Positions 41,181 to 50,649 of a stretch of 64,000 bases of DNA are shown here, in pieces; positions within the stretch are counted from its first letter, which is position 1, and each line of letters opens with the position of its first letter. This DNA comes from Candidatus Wolfebacteria bacterium GW2011_GWA1_44_24. GTDB taxonomy: Bacteria > Patescibacteriota > Minisyncoccia > UBA6257 > UBA9933. The stretch lies in the NCBI GenBank assembly GCA_001001115.1, contig LCIO01000001.1, positions 71,501 to 135,500 on the forward strand, in the 5' to 3' direction. Below the pieces are notes generated by a model. The model had not been told where the DNA came from and did not search any database. It saw nothing but the letters and a program-made list of their open reading frames with translations. Both the position numbers and the translations under genes were made by a program.

Positions 41181-41573
41181 CTACTGCACTTCAACGACTT
41201 CTGGAAAGAAATTGTGCGACTCAAGCTTGCCGTCCTTCGTGATCGTGATTCGCAGAAATTCTGGAAGAATTTGCCGCTCGACGATGATCTCACGCGGCGC
41301 GACTTCTATGACCTCCGTAATGTCCTGCGGAACCTTGTATTGACTACGATCTCCTTCGCCGCGAGCGGAAAATGTGATCTCGTAGGTGCCCCTCTCGTAG
41401 AACCGGAAAATCAAATAGTCATTAGTGCCACGTACACTACTCTGCCGTTTGTATTCGGCGATGACAGCGCCATGGAAGTATGAGCGCCTGCTCATAAAAA
41501 ACTCCTCATAACAGCCCGCTAAAAACGCGACACCAATAAGGAGTCCTATAAACAGCGATAGTTTCCGACTCAT
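41181..41573 (-). CDS. Hypothetical lipoprotein
   Basis: Signal peptide with a LAGC lipobox; AGGAGG RBS. Confidence 0.65.
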   Translation of the reverse strand: MSRKLSLFIGLLIGVAFLAGCYEEFFMSRRSYFHGAVIAEYKRQSSVRGTNDYLIFRFYERGTYEITFSARGEGDRSQYKVPQDITEVIEVAPREIIVERQILPEFLRITITKDGKLESHNFFPEVVEVQ

Positions 41574-41838
41574 TGCTACCTCCTTTTTTAGGTTAGGAAT
41601 GTACTTTCACAATCTAAGCACCATGCTTAAATTTGATTTAAAGATAGCATATTACACAATAAAAGTCAAGAAGCGGCAAGTCGCCGCAAGGGTTCCTTTG
41701 TCCACTTGTAAAATCCTAATTGGCGGTGTGAATCGGTCTAGAACCTTGCTTATGTAAGTATTGCAAGGTTTTCTTGGGGTCTTTTCCGGGGTACAATTTG
41801 ATGGAGGTCGGTCAGGTTCTCTATTCAAACCGGTTGAT

Positions 41839-43314
41839 TTATTTACACTCCGCCGGCGGCAAAGTTGAAGAACTAAAAGGATATTTGGGATTTTTTTCGA
41901 TTGCAAAACCGTTGGCGTCCCATCCTATGAATTTGGAACAATCAATGCGACCCCCCGCTGGTCTGGCGACGGGCGCATCCTTGCAACAACAATTTGAATC
42001 GTTCTGCCATCCCTTCGGAATCAAATAATCATAACAGGCTTGTTTATTCTGAATACACAAGAAATCTCTGGACGTATCCGAACACGCTTGTTGCGAAGTC
42101 GCCGGGGAATATCTGTCCGTTCCGCATATTACTTTGCATTGAGCTTCTTTTGGATCGACTGGCGCCGGTGGCGCTCCCGGCGGCTCGGGATCGGGTTTTG
42201 GAGATACAGACGGCGACTTTGATGAAGGTGAATCACCAATATAACGAGGCAGCGGCAAACAAGTAATAGGTATCAAAAAATCCCAGTACGTGGCTATACT
42301 ATCGTCGTATTGACCAACAAGAACCTTTTTTCCGTCAGGAGAGTCAATATACAAATTCTCCCGCCATTTATAGCTAAAGATGGCGTTCCATTTCATGTAT
42401 CCTATGCGGCCAAAGTCTTTTCCGTAATTCATTATGTCCAGTTTTCTTCCACCCTCCTTCTCGCATGTGAAGTATGGCGCATCGGTCCACATCAATTCGC
42501 CGGGCTTTATGATGAATTCTGCCGGCATGTCCTCCACGGTTGCCGGGGAAATAACCGGAAACTTCGTCGGCGCGGAGAATGTCCCTTGATTAACCATTAG
42601 ATCTTCTATCGCGCCCCGTTCTATTAAGGTTAGGCGCCGGGAAAGCGGGGCTGTCGGAGAACTGTCTTTTGCCTGCAGTTTAATGGCCCGAATTTCCATT
42701 ATGTGCTCAATGGTGGTTCTTGCTTTAAAGCCTGATCTGACAAAATAAGCCGGCTCTTCTTCACTGATTACCTCAACTTCTCCTATCGCGGCCGCAGTCT
42801 TGCCGGCGCCAAAAATTTCAAAAAGTACGCTGGGGTGAAATTCCGCGGCGTATACCGAAGAAAAACCGCTAATCGGAGCCTTCACGGTCATTTTGCCGCT
42901 TCCGAGGTCAACAACGCCCTTTTGGTTTTCAAGCGGTTTTAGCGAATCGGAATGTGCATGATAAAGCTGAACAAGACGAATGCCATTTCCTTTTCCGTCC
43001 GACATCGGCTCTTTTTTAACCCCCATTGAAACGGAAATAACGACGGGTTTTTTAAATTCGAGGCCGTCCGGTTCCAGGCGATACGCCGTTACTACTCCCT
43101 CAATTTCCTCCGGGCTTATTTTAATAATCGAGATGTCTCTCAAAGAAACACCTTTTGGGAGGGCATCCTTTGGAATTTCCAAAGAAGCCTCCCCATCGTC
43201 GGAAACAATAGTTTGCGTTTTTGGCTTTAAAATGAAAAATATGATTATCAAAATAACTGCGAGAAAAATGATAATGGCAATAAAAAATTTTTTTTCTTTA
43301 AGCCAATTTGCCAT
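41839..43314 (-). CDS. Membrane-anchored surface protein (ZU5-like domain, Pro-rich linker, Cys-rich tail)
   Basis: TM; LEIPKDAL...PDGLEFKKPV...GFS; PKPDPEPPGAPPAP; 9+ C-terminal Cys. Confidence 0.6.
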   Translation of the reverse strand: MANWLKEKKFFIAIIIFLAVILIIIFFILKPKTQTIVSDDGEASLEIPKDALPKGVSLRDISIIKISPEEIEGVVTAYRLEPDGLEFKKPVVISVSMGVKKEPMSDGKGNGIRLVQLYHAHSDSLKPLENQKGVVDLGSGKMTVKAPISGFSSVYAAEFHPSVLFEIFGAGKTAAAIGEVEVISEEEPAYFVRSGFKARTTIEHIMEIRAIKLQAKDSSPTAPLSRRLTLIERGAIEDLMVNQGTFSAPTKFPVISPATVEDMPAEFIIKPGELMWTDAPYFTCEKEGGRKLDIMNYGKDFGRIGYMKWNAIFSYKWRENLYIDSPDGKKVLVGQYDDSIATYWDFLIPITCLPLPRYIGDSPSSKSPSVSPKPDPEPPGAPPAPVDPKEAQCKVICGTDRYSPATSQQACSDTSRDFLCIQNKQACYDYLIPKGWQNDSNCCCKDAPVARPAGGRIDCSKFIGWDANGFAIEKNPKYPFSSSTLPPAECK

Positions 43315-43552
43315 ACAAGTTATTTTATCGTATTTTGCCGTAATAAGACAATAAGGACTCAGCGCCCGGTCTCTCAAATGAATGCTCAATCCTGCGGTGT
43401 GTATTTGAAAAAATCCGGAATGATTTTGCGCGCGATTGACTCGGCAGGCGGAATTCCCCCATACCCCCTTCTGCCCACCTCGCCTTGCCTGCCCGACCGA
43501 AATTCGTGAGTGAAAGCGGGAACCGGAGCGGAAAGGACAATTTCAAGTTTTT

Positions 43553-43594
43553 CTTTGGCGGAATACAAATTCGAGCGTGTAAAGCACGCACAAA
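43553..43594 (+). repeat. 42 bp direct repeat, copy 2
   Basis: Identical to 41079-41120. Confidence 0.9.
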
Positions 43595-43674
43595 TAGTTC
43601 TTTCAAATTCAAAAAGAAAAGAGGCGGGAAGATTTCTCTTACCCGCCCCCGATGTCGCCCAGCATGAGTGTCGG

Positions 43675-44361
43675 CTATGCCGGAACTTTGACCCGTTGAG
43701 ACGCGAACACTTGCCGTAAGTCGCCGTAGGTTTTAACCTCCTTCGGGAACAGCACCCGCAGGTGGCAACCTCGGCACACGATCGCGTCGTGCGTACTGGT
43801 CGCCCTTCGGCGATCTATCCAGCAGTTGCAATGCATGTGCACGCCGACGCACGAACCGAGATCATTCTCGTCCCGCGTGTGCTTGACGAAATACTCGGAA
43901 CCGAACGCGAGTGTTCTCGGAGGGTACTCGCGTAAAAGGTCGCCTTCGAGTGTGAGCTGGATCGGCTCAAGCGGAACGCTTCGCTCGACCTCTTCAGCCA
44001 TCATCTCGATGAGCTTCTCGCGATCTTCGTTTTGTCGCGAAGAGCCGTAGACCGCGCGCTGAAGCGCACAGTCGAGCCAGCCCGTCGCGAAGTAGTTATC
44101 GCCGTCTTCCTCGCTCACCACCTTGAACGGACAGAGGCTGTTGATCGGGTACGTCTCGCCCGTGTTGCTGCCGTCCTGGTCACGGTAATGGCCGACGAGT
44201 TTCCCTGGTGCCACCTTTTTCGGATTGAAGCCAGCGGCGGAAACGGTGTCGAAGAGGACTTGCACCTCGTCTGCCGGAAGCGTTTTGACCTCGTCCCATC
44301 GCTTGTACTTCAGGGTGAGATCCACGAACCGCGTTGCTACGTCTGTCATTTTGCTCGGCAT
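43675..44361 (-). CDS. Hypothetical protein, GC-rich, with C-terminal Cys/His motifs
   Basis: AGGAGG RBS; HMHCNC...HDAIVCRGCH. Confidence 0.6.
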   Translation of the reverse strand: MPSKMTDVATRFVDLTLKYKRWDEVKTLPADEVQVLFDTVSAAGFNPKKVAPGKLVGHYRDQDGSNTGETYPINSLCPFKVVSEEDGDNYFATGWLDCALQRAVYGSSRQNEDREKLIEMMAEEVERSVPLEPIQLTLEGDLLREYPPRTLAFGSEYFVKHTRDENDLGSCVGVHMHCNCWIDRRRATSTHDAIVCRGCHLRVLFPKEVKTYGDLRQVFASQRVKVPA

Positions 44362-44544
44362 TTTTGCCTCCTTTCTCTTTGGGTTTGGGAATGTGCTACT
44401 CAGCTAACAATCTAACATTATGTTTAATGAATTGTCAAACGAAAACAAAAACTCTTTCGAGTCTTTGTTTCTAAAAAATCAGAATGAAAAAATTCCTTTC
44501 GCCCTTACAAAATATGGTTCGAGCCAATGACTTCATTTCCCAAC

Positions 44545-44634
44545 TGGCGGAGGCGAGAGGATTCGAACCTCTGAGGCCGATTAAGGCCTATCCGCTTTCC
44601 AAGCGGACGCACTAGACCGCTATGCGACGCCTCC
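44545..44634 (-). tRNA. tRNA-Ser(GGA)
   Basis: Long variable arm, anticodon GGA, GCCA. Confidence 0.93.
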
Positions 44635-44640
44635 TTATTT

Positions 44641-44985
44641 TTATGCCGCCGTATCCGACCGGTCGGAATTTTCTTCCCGTTCTTTGCTTTTTCTGTATCC
44701 TTTTAAAGCGATGATTTTATTTTTAAGCAAACCGGCGAGCGCGTAGCTTGATTCCGAAACGTCTTCGCCTTCTTTTCTTAGATTTTCCAGTTCTTCCGTT
44801 CTTTTATCGACGTCTTCCTCGGTCAAAATACCGCCGAAGAATTTACCGATTAAATCAGCGTCGGCGATTTCAATTTTTCCGCAATTTATTTCCTGCCAAT
44901 GGGGGTCATTGCCGGTTTTTCCGCGCAAATTATTGCACAAAAACTGCCCGCTGTTTAAATTTTCAAAATTGCTTTCAATCGCCAT
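44641..44985 (-). CDS. Hypothetical protein
   Basis: 114 aa ORF in line with the operon. Confidence 0.5.
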   Translation of the reverse strand: MAIESNFENLNSGQFLCNNLRGKTGNDPHWQEINCGKIEIADADLIGKFFGGILTEEDVDKRTEELENLRKEGEDVSESSYALAGLLKNKIIALKGYRKSKEREENSDRSDTAA

Positions 44986-45000
44986 ATTTTTATCCCCCGC

Positions 45001-45873
45001 CTATTTCATTTCTCTTAAAATTTTTATCCGCTCTTCGACCGGCGGATGCGTAAGAAATAATTTGTGCAACCAAAAAATTTTATTCTCTTCCTTAAACGGA
45101 TTATCCAGCCAGAGGTGAGCGGTGGCGTCATTGGCCACTTTCATCGGCGACCTGTCGGAAGAAATTTTTTCCAAAGCCGTTGCCAGATTTTCGGGACGAT
45201 TGGTGAGCAAAGCGCCGGAAGCGTCGGCCAAAAATTCTCTTTTTCTGGAAATCGCCAAACGAATTAAAAGAGCCGCAACCGGCGCCAAAATCGCCAAAAT
45301 CACGCCGATAATCATCAAAACCCCCTGCGTTTGGCCGTTATTTCTGTCGTCGCGCCTTTTGAAACCGCCGAACATAAGCGACCTCAAAAAAATATTGGAA
45401 AGAATGGAAATAAATCCCGCCAAAACCACCGCTGCCGTTGAAATCAGCATATCATGATTTCCAATATGCGACAATTCATGGGCCAAAACGCCTTCCAATT
45501 CGCTGCGATTAAGTTTTTCCAATAATCCTTTGGTAACCGCCACCGCCGCATGTTTGGAATTTCGGCCCGTAGCAAAAGCGTTCGGTTGATTCTCCGGAAC
45601 CAGATAAATTTTCGGCATCGCTAAATTGGCGTTCGTCGCCAGTTTTTCAACGATATCATATATCTCCGGCATATCTTTTTTATCGATAGGCGTTGCTCTT
45701 GCCATTTTCAAGACCAATTTATCGCTGAACCAATAAGCGATAACATTCATCAAAACGCTGAAAATTACGGAAAAATACAAAATCCCCCGATTGCCGTAAA
45801 CTTGGGAAAAAAACCAGCCGATTGCGATAACGACAATCAAAAAAATAGTGAATAGCAGCCAAGTTCTTCTCAT
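45001..45873 (-). CDS. htpX: Zinc metalloprotease HtpX
   Basis: PNAFATGR, GVLAHELSH, SRKREFLAD, THPP. Confidence 0.93.
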   Translation of the reverse strand: MRRTWLLFTIFLIVVIAIGWFFSQVYGNRGILYFSVIFSVLMNVIAYWFSDKLVLKMARATPIDKKDMPEIYDIVEKLATNANLAMPKIYLVPENQPNAFATGRNSKHAAVAVTKGLLEKLNRSELEGVLAHELSHIGNHDMLISTAAVVLAGFISILSNIFLRSLMFGGFKRRDDRNNGQTQGVLMIIGVILAILAPVAALLIRLAISRKREFLADASGALLTNRPENLATALEKISSDRSPMKVANDATAHLWLDNPFKEENKIFWLHKLFLTHPPVEERIKILREMK

Positions 45874-46889
45874 AATCTGACAATGTCTTTTATCGTAATC
45901 GCGATCATCAACAATATCAAAAAAACCAAGCCAATGGTGTTGGCAAGTTTTTCGGTTCTGGGATTCAAAGACGAACCTTTTATTTTTTCAATCGCCAAAA
46001 AGAATAAACGGCCGCCGTCCAACGCCGGAAAAGGCAAAATATTGATAACCGCCAAATTCAACGAAATCAAAGCCAGGAGCTGAATTAAATAAGCAAAGCC
46101 CAATGTGCCGGCCTGAGCCGTTATCTTCACGATGCCGATCGGTCCGGTAACGGATTCCAAAGACGCTTTGCCGACAAAAACTCCGGCAATCAATTTTGTG
46201 ATGGACATAAAAATCGCTTTTACGAGTTCACTCGAGGTTTTCAATCCTTCCCAAAAACTCGCCAGCGGATTTTTCTTTTGCAAGCCGACGTCAATCAAGC
46301 CCACTCCCAAAGCGCCTTCGTTGACCGGCGGATTGATTCTCGGCGTTGTTTTGAAATTTAAAATTTTTCCGTCCCTTTCAATTCGCAAAACAATATTTTT
46401 CCCTTGCTGCTCATTGATATATTTGATAAATTCGTCGGTTTTTTGAAAATCGATTATTTTATCTCCGGCCAAAATTCCGACTTCTTGAGCCGGACTGTTT
46501 TTTTTAATTTCGGTGATTACCACCGCCTGGGGCAATCCAACGGCGAAGACGATTGAAAACGCCAGCCAGCCGAGCAAAAAATTAAACAAAACGCCGGAAA
46601 AAAGAACAATTGCTCTTTGCCAGATTTTCAAATTTATAAAACTTCTCTCTCTGTTCTGTCCCGCCTCCAAATTATCCTCGCCGAAAATTTTTACGAATCC
46701 TCCAAAAGGTAAAGCGTTAAAACTATAAGTCGTTTCTCCGATTTTCTTGCTGAAAATTTTCGGCGGCAAACCGAACCCGAATTCTTCCACCAAAAGACCA
46801 AATTTTTTGGCAAATAAAAAATGCCCCAATTCGTGGACTAAAATCAAAATTGAAAGAAAAATTACGACGAAAATAATGCCGATTAACAT
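45870..46889 (-). CDS. rseP: RIP metalloprotease RseP
   Basis: HELGH, PFGGFVKI, PDZ domain, NILPFPALDGG. Confidence 0.9.
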   Translation of the reverse strand: MLIGIIFVVIFLSILILVHELGHFLFAKKFGLLVEEFGFGLPPKIFSKKIGETTYSFNALPFGGFVKIFGEDNLEAGQNRERSFINLKIWQRAIVLFSGVLFNFLLGWLAFSIVFAVGLPQAVVITEIKKNSPAQEVGILAGDKIIDFQKTDEFIKYINEQQGKNIVLRIERDGKILNFKTTPRINPPVNEGALGVGLIDVGLQKKNPLASFWEGLKTSSELVKAIFMSITKLIAGVFVGKASLESVTGPIGIVKITAQAGTLGFAYLIQLLALISLNLAVINILPFPALDGGRLFFLAIEKIKGSSLNPRTEKLANTIGLVFLILLMIAITIKDIVRL

Positions 46890-46890
46890 A

Positions 46891-47421
46891 TTACTCCTTT
46901 ATTTCCTTAATCTTATTCTCCACCATTTTATCAATTTCTTCGTTCGCCTTATCCACTTCTTTTTGCGCCTGTTCTTTCAATTTAAACTTATTGTCTTCGC
47001 TGATTTCTTTTTCTTCAAATTGACGGCTGATTTCTTTGTTGGCTTCGTCGCGCAAGTGGCGGATTTTAATTCTTGTTTCTTCGGCTTCTTTTTTAACAAC
47101 TTTCATCAATTCCTGCCGTCTTTCCTCGGAAAGCGGCGGAAGATTGATTCTTATCAAATTTCCTTCAACGTTGGCGTTTAAATTTAAATTGGAAGATTCA
47201 ATGGCTTTGACAACCGGCGAAACCGCCTGTTTGTCCCAGACGGAAATCTGAATTTCCCGCGGCAAAACGATGCTGATGGAACCTAATTGTTTGACCGGAA
47301 GTTTCTGTCCGAAATAATCGGCTTTTATGTCTTCCACTAACCGCGGCAAAAGCCGGCCGCCGCGCAAACCAGCCAATTGCTCTTTAAAATATTTCAAAAT
47401 CTCGGCAATTTTATTTTCCAT
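46891..47421 (-). CDS. frr: Ribosome recycling factor
   Basis: LRGGR, WDK, PPLSEERR, IRHLR. Confidence 0.92.
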   Translation of the reverse strand: MENKIAEILKYFKEQLAGLRGGRLLPRLVEDIKADYFGQKLPVKQLGSISIVLPREIQISVWDKQAVSPVVKAIESSNLNLNANVEGNLIRINLPPLSEERRQELMKVVKKEAEETRIKIRHLRDEANKEISRQFEEKEISEDNKFKLKEQAQKEVDKANEEIDKMVENKIKEIKE

Positions 47422-47432
47422 AGACGCGATGG

Positions 47433-47612
47433 TTACCATAAAAACCTGATAATCGGCCCCCAAAAAGGATCGCCGCGAAACGCCGAAAAAACATCCGGCA
47501 ATTTATGCCAATACTGGTTAATAAACAATATCAGGAATCCGCCCCATATCGCAATCATAACTATGATAACGCCACCGGGGGCGCCAGGTTCTTTTTTATC
47601 ATTATTTAACAT
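47433..47612 (-). CDS. Small membrane protein (59 aa)
   Basis: Manual translation MLNNDKKEPGAPGGVIIVMIAIWGGFLILFINQYW...; fills the gap between holB-like and frr. Confidence 0.5.
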   Translation of the reverse strand: MLNNDKKEPGAPGGVIIVMIAIWGGFLILFINQYWHKLPDVFSAFRGDPFWGPIIRFLW

Positions 47613-48291
47613 ATTTCATCAGCGTTTTTAATTGAAGTTTTTTATTGACATTGAGCATCTTTATCAACGTCAATCTTCTTAAAGTTTCTTTGAGACTGTT
47701 TAAATTTTTAACCGGATCGCGCCGAAGATTCAAAATTAAAGATTCAAAAAATTGGTCAATCTGATTATTTTCAACGATTTTTTCAACCGAAGTTTTTGAT
47801 AAATCAACGCGTTCCCGCATTAAATCCTCCTTGAACCGCGTGAATGAAAAATAAATTTTCTGCAATCGGGAAATCAGCGCCGGCAGAAAAAAATCTTCGC
47901 TCTTGGCAATGAAAATCATTAACGACTGCGGCGGCGGTTCTTCGGCAATTTTTAAAATAGCATTCTGGGCCTCATTGGTCAAATTCTCGGCATTTCTGAC
48001 AATAACCGTTCTCTTTTCCGAAAGCACCGGCTTTTGGCTTAAAAAATGCAGCAAACTTCTGATTTTATCGATACCGATTGTTTCTTTTTCATCGGGCGAA
48101 ATAATCAAACTTTCCTGGAGAATCGCGTTTTCAGCCGGCAACTCGAAAATCCCTTTTTCAAAAAAATTGGCTAAAGATAAAACAAAATCAGAACCCGCTT
48201 GAACATCGCCGAAAAAAAGATAAGCGTGAAATAATCTATCGCTTGCAATCAGTCTTTTAAAATCTTTTGTGAGTTTTTTGTTATCTATCAT
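47602..48291 (-). CDS. holB: DNA polymerase III delta' subunit-like
   Basis: HAYLFFG, IGIDKIR, EAQNAILKIAEEPP, ISR. Confidence 0.75.
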   Translation of the reverse strand: MIDNKKLTKDFKRLIASDRLFHAYLFFGDVQAGSDFVLSLANFFEKGIFELPAENAILQESLIISPDEKETIGIDKIRSLLHFLSQKPVLSEKRTVIVRNAENLTNEAQNAILKIAEEPPPQSLMIFIAKSEDFFLPALISRLQKIYFSFTRFKEDLMRERVDLSKTSVEKIVENNQIDQFFESLILNLRRDPVKNLNSLKETLRRLTLIKMLNVNKKLQLKTLMKYVK

Positions 48292-49295
48292 CGTTTGTTC
48301 AGCAATGTTCTCTTATAAACATCCAAGTGGCTTAAAATCATTCCCGCTCCCTTCGCTACGCAAAAAAGCGGGTCTTCGGCGACGTAAGTGTTGACTCCAA
48401 AAAGTTTTTTAAAAAATTCCGCCAGGTTGATTATCTGCGCTCCGCCGCCGGAAAGAATTATTCCCTTTTCCATCACGTCGGCAACCAGCTCAGGCGGCGT
48501 TTCGTTAAAAACCTTCTGAACAGCCGAAGCGATTTCAAGCAAATGAGGATTCAGCGCTTCGGCAATTTCATTGGAATTGATGACCATATCCTTTGGCAAA
48601 CCACTCGTCAAATCTCGTCCCCTTACCTCAAAAGTCAGTTTATTTTTCAGAGGCAAAGCGGAACCGATTTCCATTTTGATGATTTCCGCCGTTTGTTCGC
48701 CGATGGCCAAAGAATATTTTTTTTTCAGGAAATTGATGATGGCTTGGTCAAATTTGTCGCCGGCGATTCTTACGCTTGCCCAGGAAACGATGCCACCGAG
48801 AGAAATTATCGCCACTTCCGAAGTGCCGCCGCCGATATTGACAATCATACTGCCGCTTCGGGCGTTAATGGGAATATTCGCGCCCAGCGCGGCCAGAATC
48901 GGCTCTCTGACAATATAAGCTTCGCGGGCTCCGGCTTCTTTAGCCGCGTTGATAACCGCCCGCCTTTCAGTTTGCGTTATGCCGGCCGGCGAAGAAAGCA
49001 CGACATCGGGCTTTAAGATGTTGAACGAGCCAATCGCATTAGCGATAAAATATTTCAGCATCGCTTTAGTGATGTAATAGTCGGCAATCACTCCTTCCCG
49101 CAAAGGCCGGTAAGCTTTAATGTCTTCGGGCGTGCGGCCAATCATTTCTTTGGCTTCTTTGCCGACAGCCAAAACCGTGTTATCCGGCACGCTTAAAGCC
49201 ACGATGGTCGGCTCATTAATCACAAAACCGCGTCCCGGCACAAAGACAATGGTATTTGCCGTTCCTAAATCTATGCCGATTTTTCTTATAAACAT
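48288..49295 (-). CDS. mreB: Rod shape-determining protein MreB
   Basis: IGIDLGTANT, RPLREGVIAD, IGGGTSEVA, LSGGGA. Confidence 0.93.
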   Translation of the reverse strand: MFIRKIGIDLGTANTIVFVPGRGFVINEPTIVALSVPDNTVLAVGKEAKEMIGRTPEDIKAYRPLREGVIADYYITKAMLKYFIANAIGSFNILKPDVVLSSPAGITQTERRAVINAAKEAGAREAYIVREPILAALGANIPINARSGSMIVNIGGGTSEVAIISLGGIVSWASVRIAGDKFDQAIINFLKKKYSLAIGEQTAEIIKMEIGSALPLKNKLTFEVRGRDLTSGLPKDMVINSNEIAEALNPHLLEIASAVQKVFNETPPELVADVMEKGIILSGGGAQIINLAEFFKKLFGVNTYVAEDPLFCVAKGAGMILSHLDVYKRTLLNKR

Positions 49296-49297
49296 AA

Positions 49298-50602
49298 TTA
49301 TGCGATTCTTTTTATATCCGCGCCTAATGATTGTAGCCGTTCGTCAATCTTTTCGTATCCCCTGTCTATCTGTTCCACACCCTCGAGAACCGACTCGCCT
49401 TGGGCAATCAACGCCGCGATTAAATGGGCTATCCCCGCCCTTAAATCAGGGACTTTAACTCTCTTACCGTAAAGAGGCGCGGGGCCGGAAATAACCGCGC
49501 TGTGCGGATATCCTTCGCCGTTAAACCGGCAGGGCAATTCTCCTAAACACTTTGAAAATACTTTAATATTAGCGCCCATAAAATTCAAGTCTTTGATATA
49601 ATCAAAACGATTTTCATAAACGGTCTCGTGAATAATGGAAACGCCGTTTGCTTGGGTCAGCAAAATGGTGAACGGCTGCTGCCAATCAGTCATAAAACCC
49701 GGATGCGTGTCGGTTTCTATTTCAATGGCGGATAAGCTGTCCGGCCGCCAAAAAACAATGCCGTCGGATTCAATCCGATAATCTCCTCCCACGCGGCGCA
49801 ATTCGTTGAGAAAAGTTATCAAATGGTCGTGAACCGCCCCCTTAACTTTGATTTTATTCCCTTTTGCGGCGACCGCCAAACAAGCGAAAGAAACCGCCTC
49901 ATTCCTGTCCGGCAAAACCCGATATTTTGTTCCCCTTAATTTTTTTACGCCGTTGATATAAATTGTCCGGTCCGCGCCCAAACCGATAATCGCCCCCATA
50001 TCCTGAAGCATTTTGATTAAATCTGTAATTTCCGGCTCAATAGCGGCGTTTTTGACGATTGTTCTGCCTTTGGCTAAAACCGCCGCCAAAATAACATTTT
50101 CCGTGGCTCCAACGCTGGGATAGCGCAAATTAATTTTGGCGCCTTTTAATCCATCGGTTGCCGAAGCCACAAAAAAACCGTCGGCGGTTTCAATTTTCGC
50201 GCCCATTAATTTAAGCGCTTCAAGATGGATATCCACCGGCCGATAGCCAATCTGATCTCCGCCTAAAAAAGGAATTTCGGCTTTACCCATTCTTGAGAGC
50301 AACGGCCCGAGCGTTAAAATGGGAATCCGATTGTTTTTGCTTAAATCCAAAGGGACAACGCGATAATTTTTAATCTTTGGAGTTTTAATCGAAAGAGTTG
50401 AGCCATTGAGCGCGATTTCAGCGCCAATAGCTTGACAGAGTTCGGAAGTTATTTCCGCGTCGCCGATTCTGGGAAAATTTTCAAAAACGCATTCCTCGTC
50501 AGTCAATAAAGAAGCGACTATCATCTTGGTAGCCGCATTTTTTGAACCCTTAATGGTGATTTCGCCGTTTAATTTTCCGCCGCCATTAACAATAAATTTC
50601 AT
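49298..50602 (-). CDS. murA: UDP-N-acetylglucosamine 1-carboxyvinyltransferase (Asp variant at the active-site Cys position)
   Basis: GSKNA, GGDQIGYRPVDIH, SVGATEN, EPE, DLRAG, IDRGYE. Confidence 0.94.
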   Translation of the reverse strand: MKFIVNGGGKLNGEITIKGSKNAATKMIVASLLTDEECVFENFPRIGDAEITSELCQAIGAEIALNGSTLSIKTPKIKNYRVVPLDLSKNNRIPILTLGPLLSRMGKAEIPFLGGDQIGYRPVDIHLEALKLMGAKIETADGFFVASATDGLKGAKINLRYPSVGATENVILAAVLAKGRTIVKNAAIEPEITDLIKMLQDMGAIIGLGADRTIYINGVKKLRGTKYRVLPDRNEAVSFACLAVAAKGNKIKVKGAVHDHLITFLNELRRVGGDYRIESDGIVFWRPDSLSAIEIETDTHPGFMTDWQQPFTILLTQANGVSIIHETVYENRFDYIKDLNFMGANIKVFSKCLGELPCRFNGEGYPHSAVISGPAPLYGKRVKVPDLRAGIAHLIAALIAQGESVLEGVEQIDRGYEKIDERLQSLGADIKRIA

Positions 50603-50649
50603 ACCATATATAATAAACCAACAGCCGAAAACTGACAATCAAAATTAAA

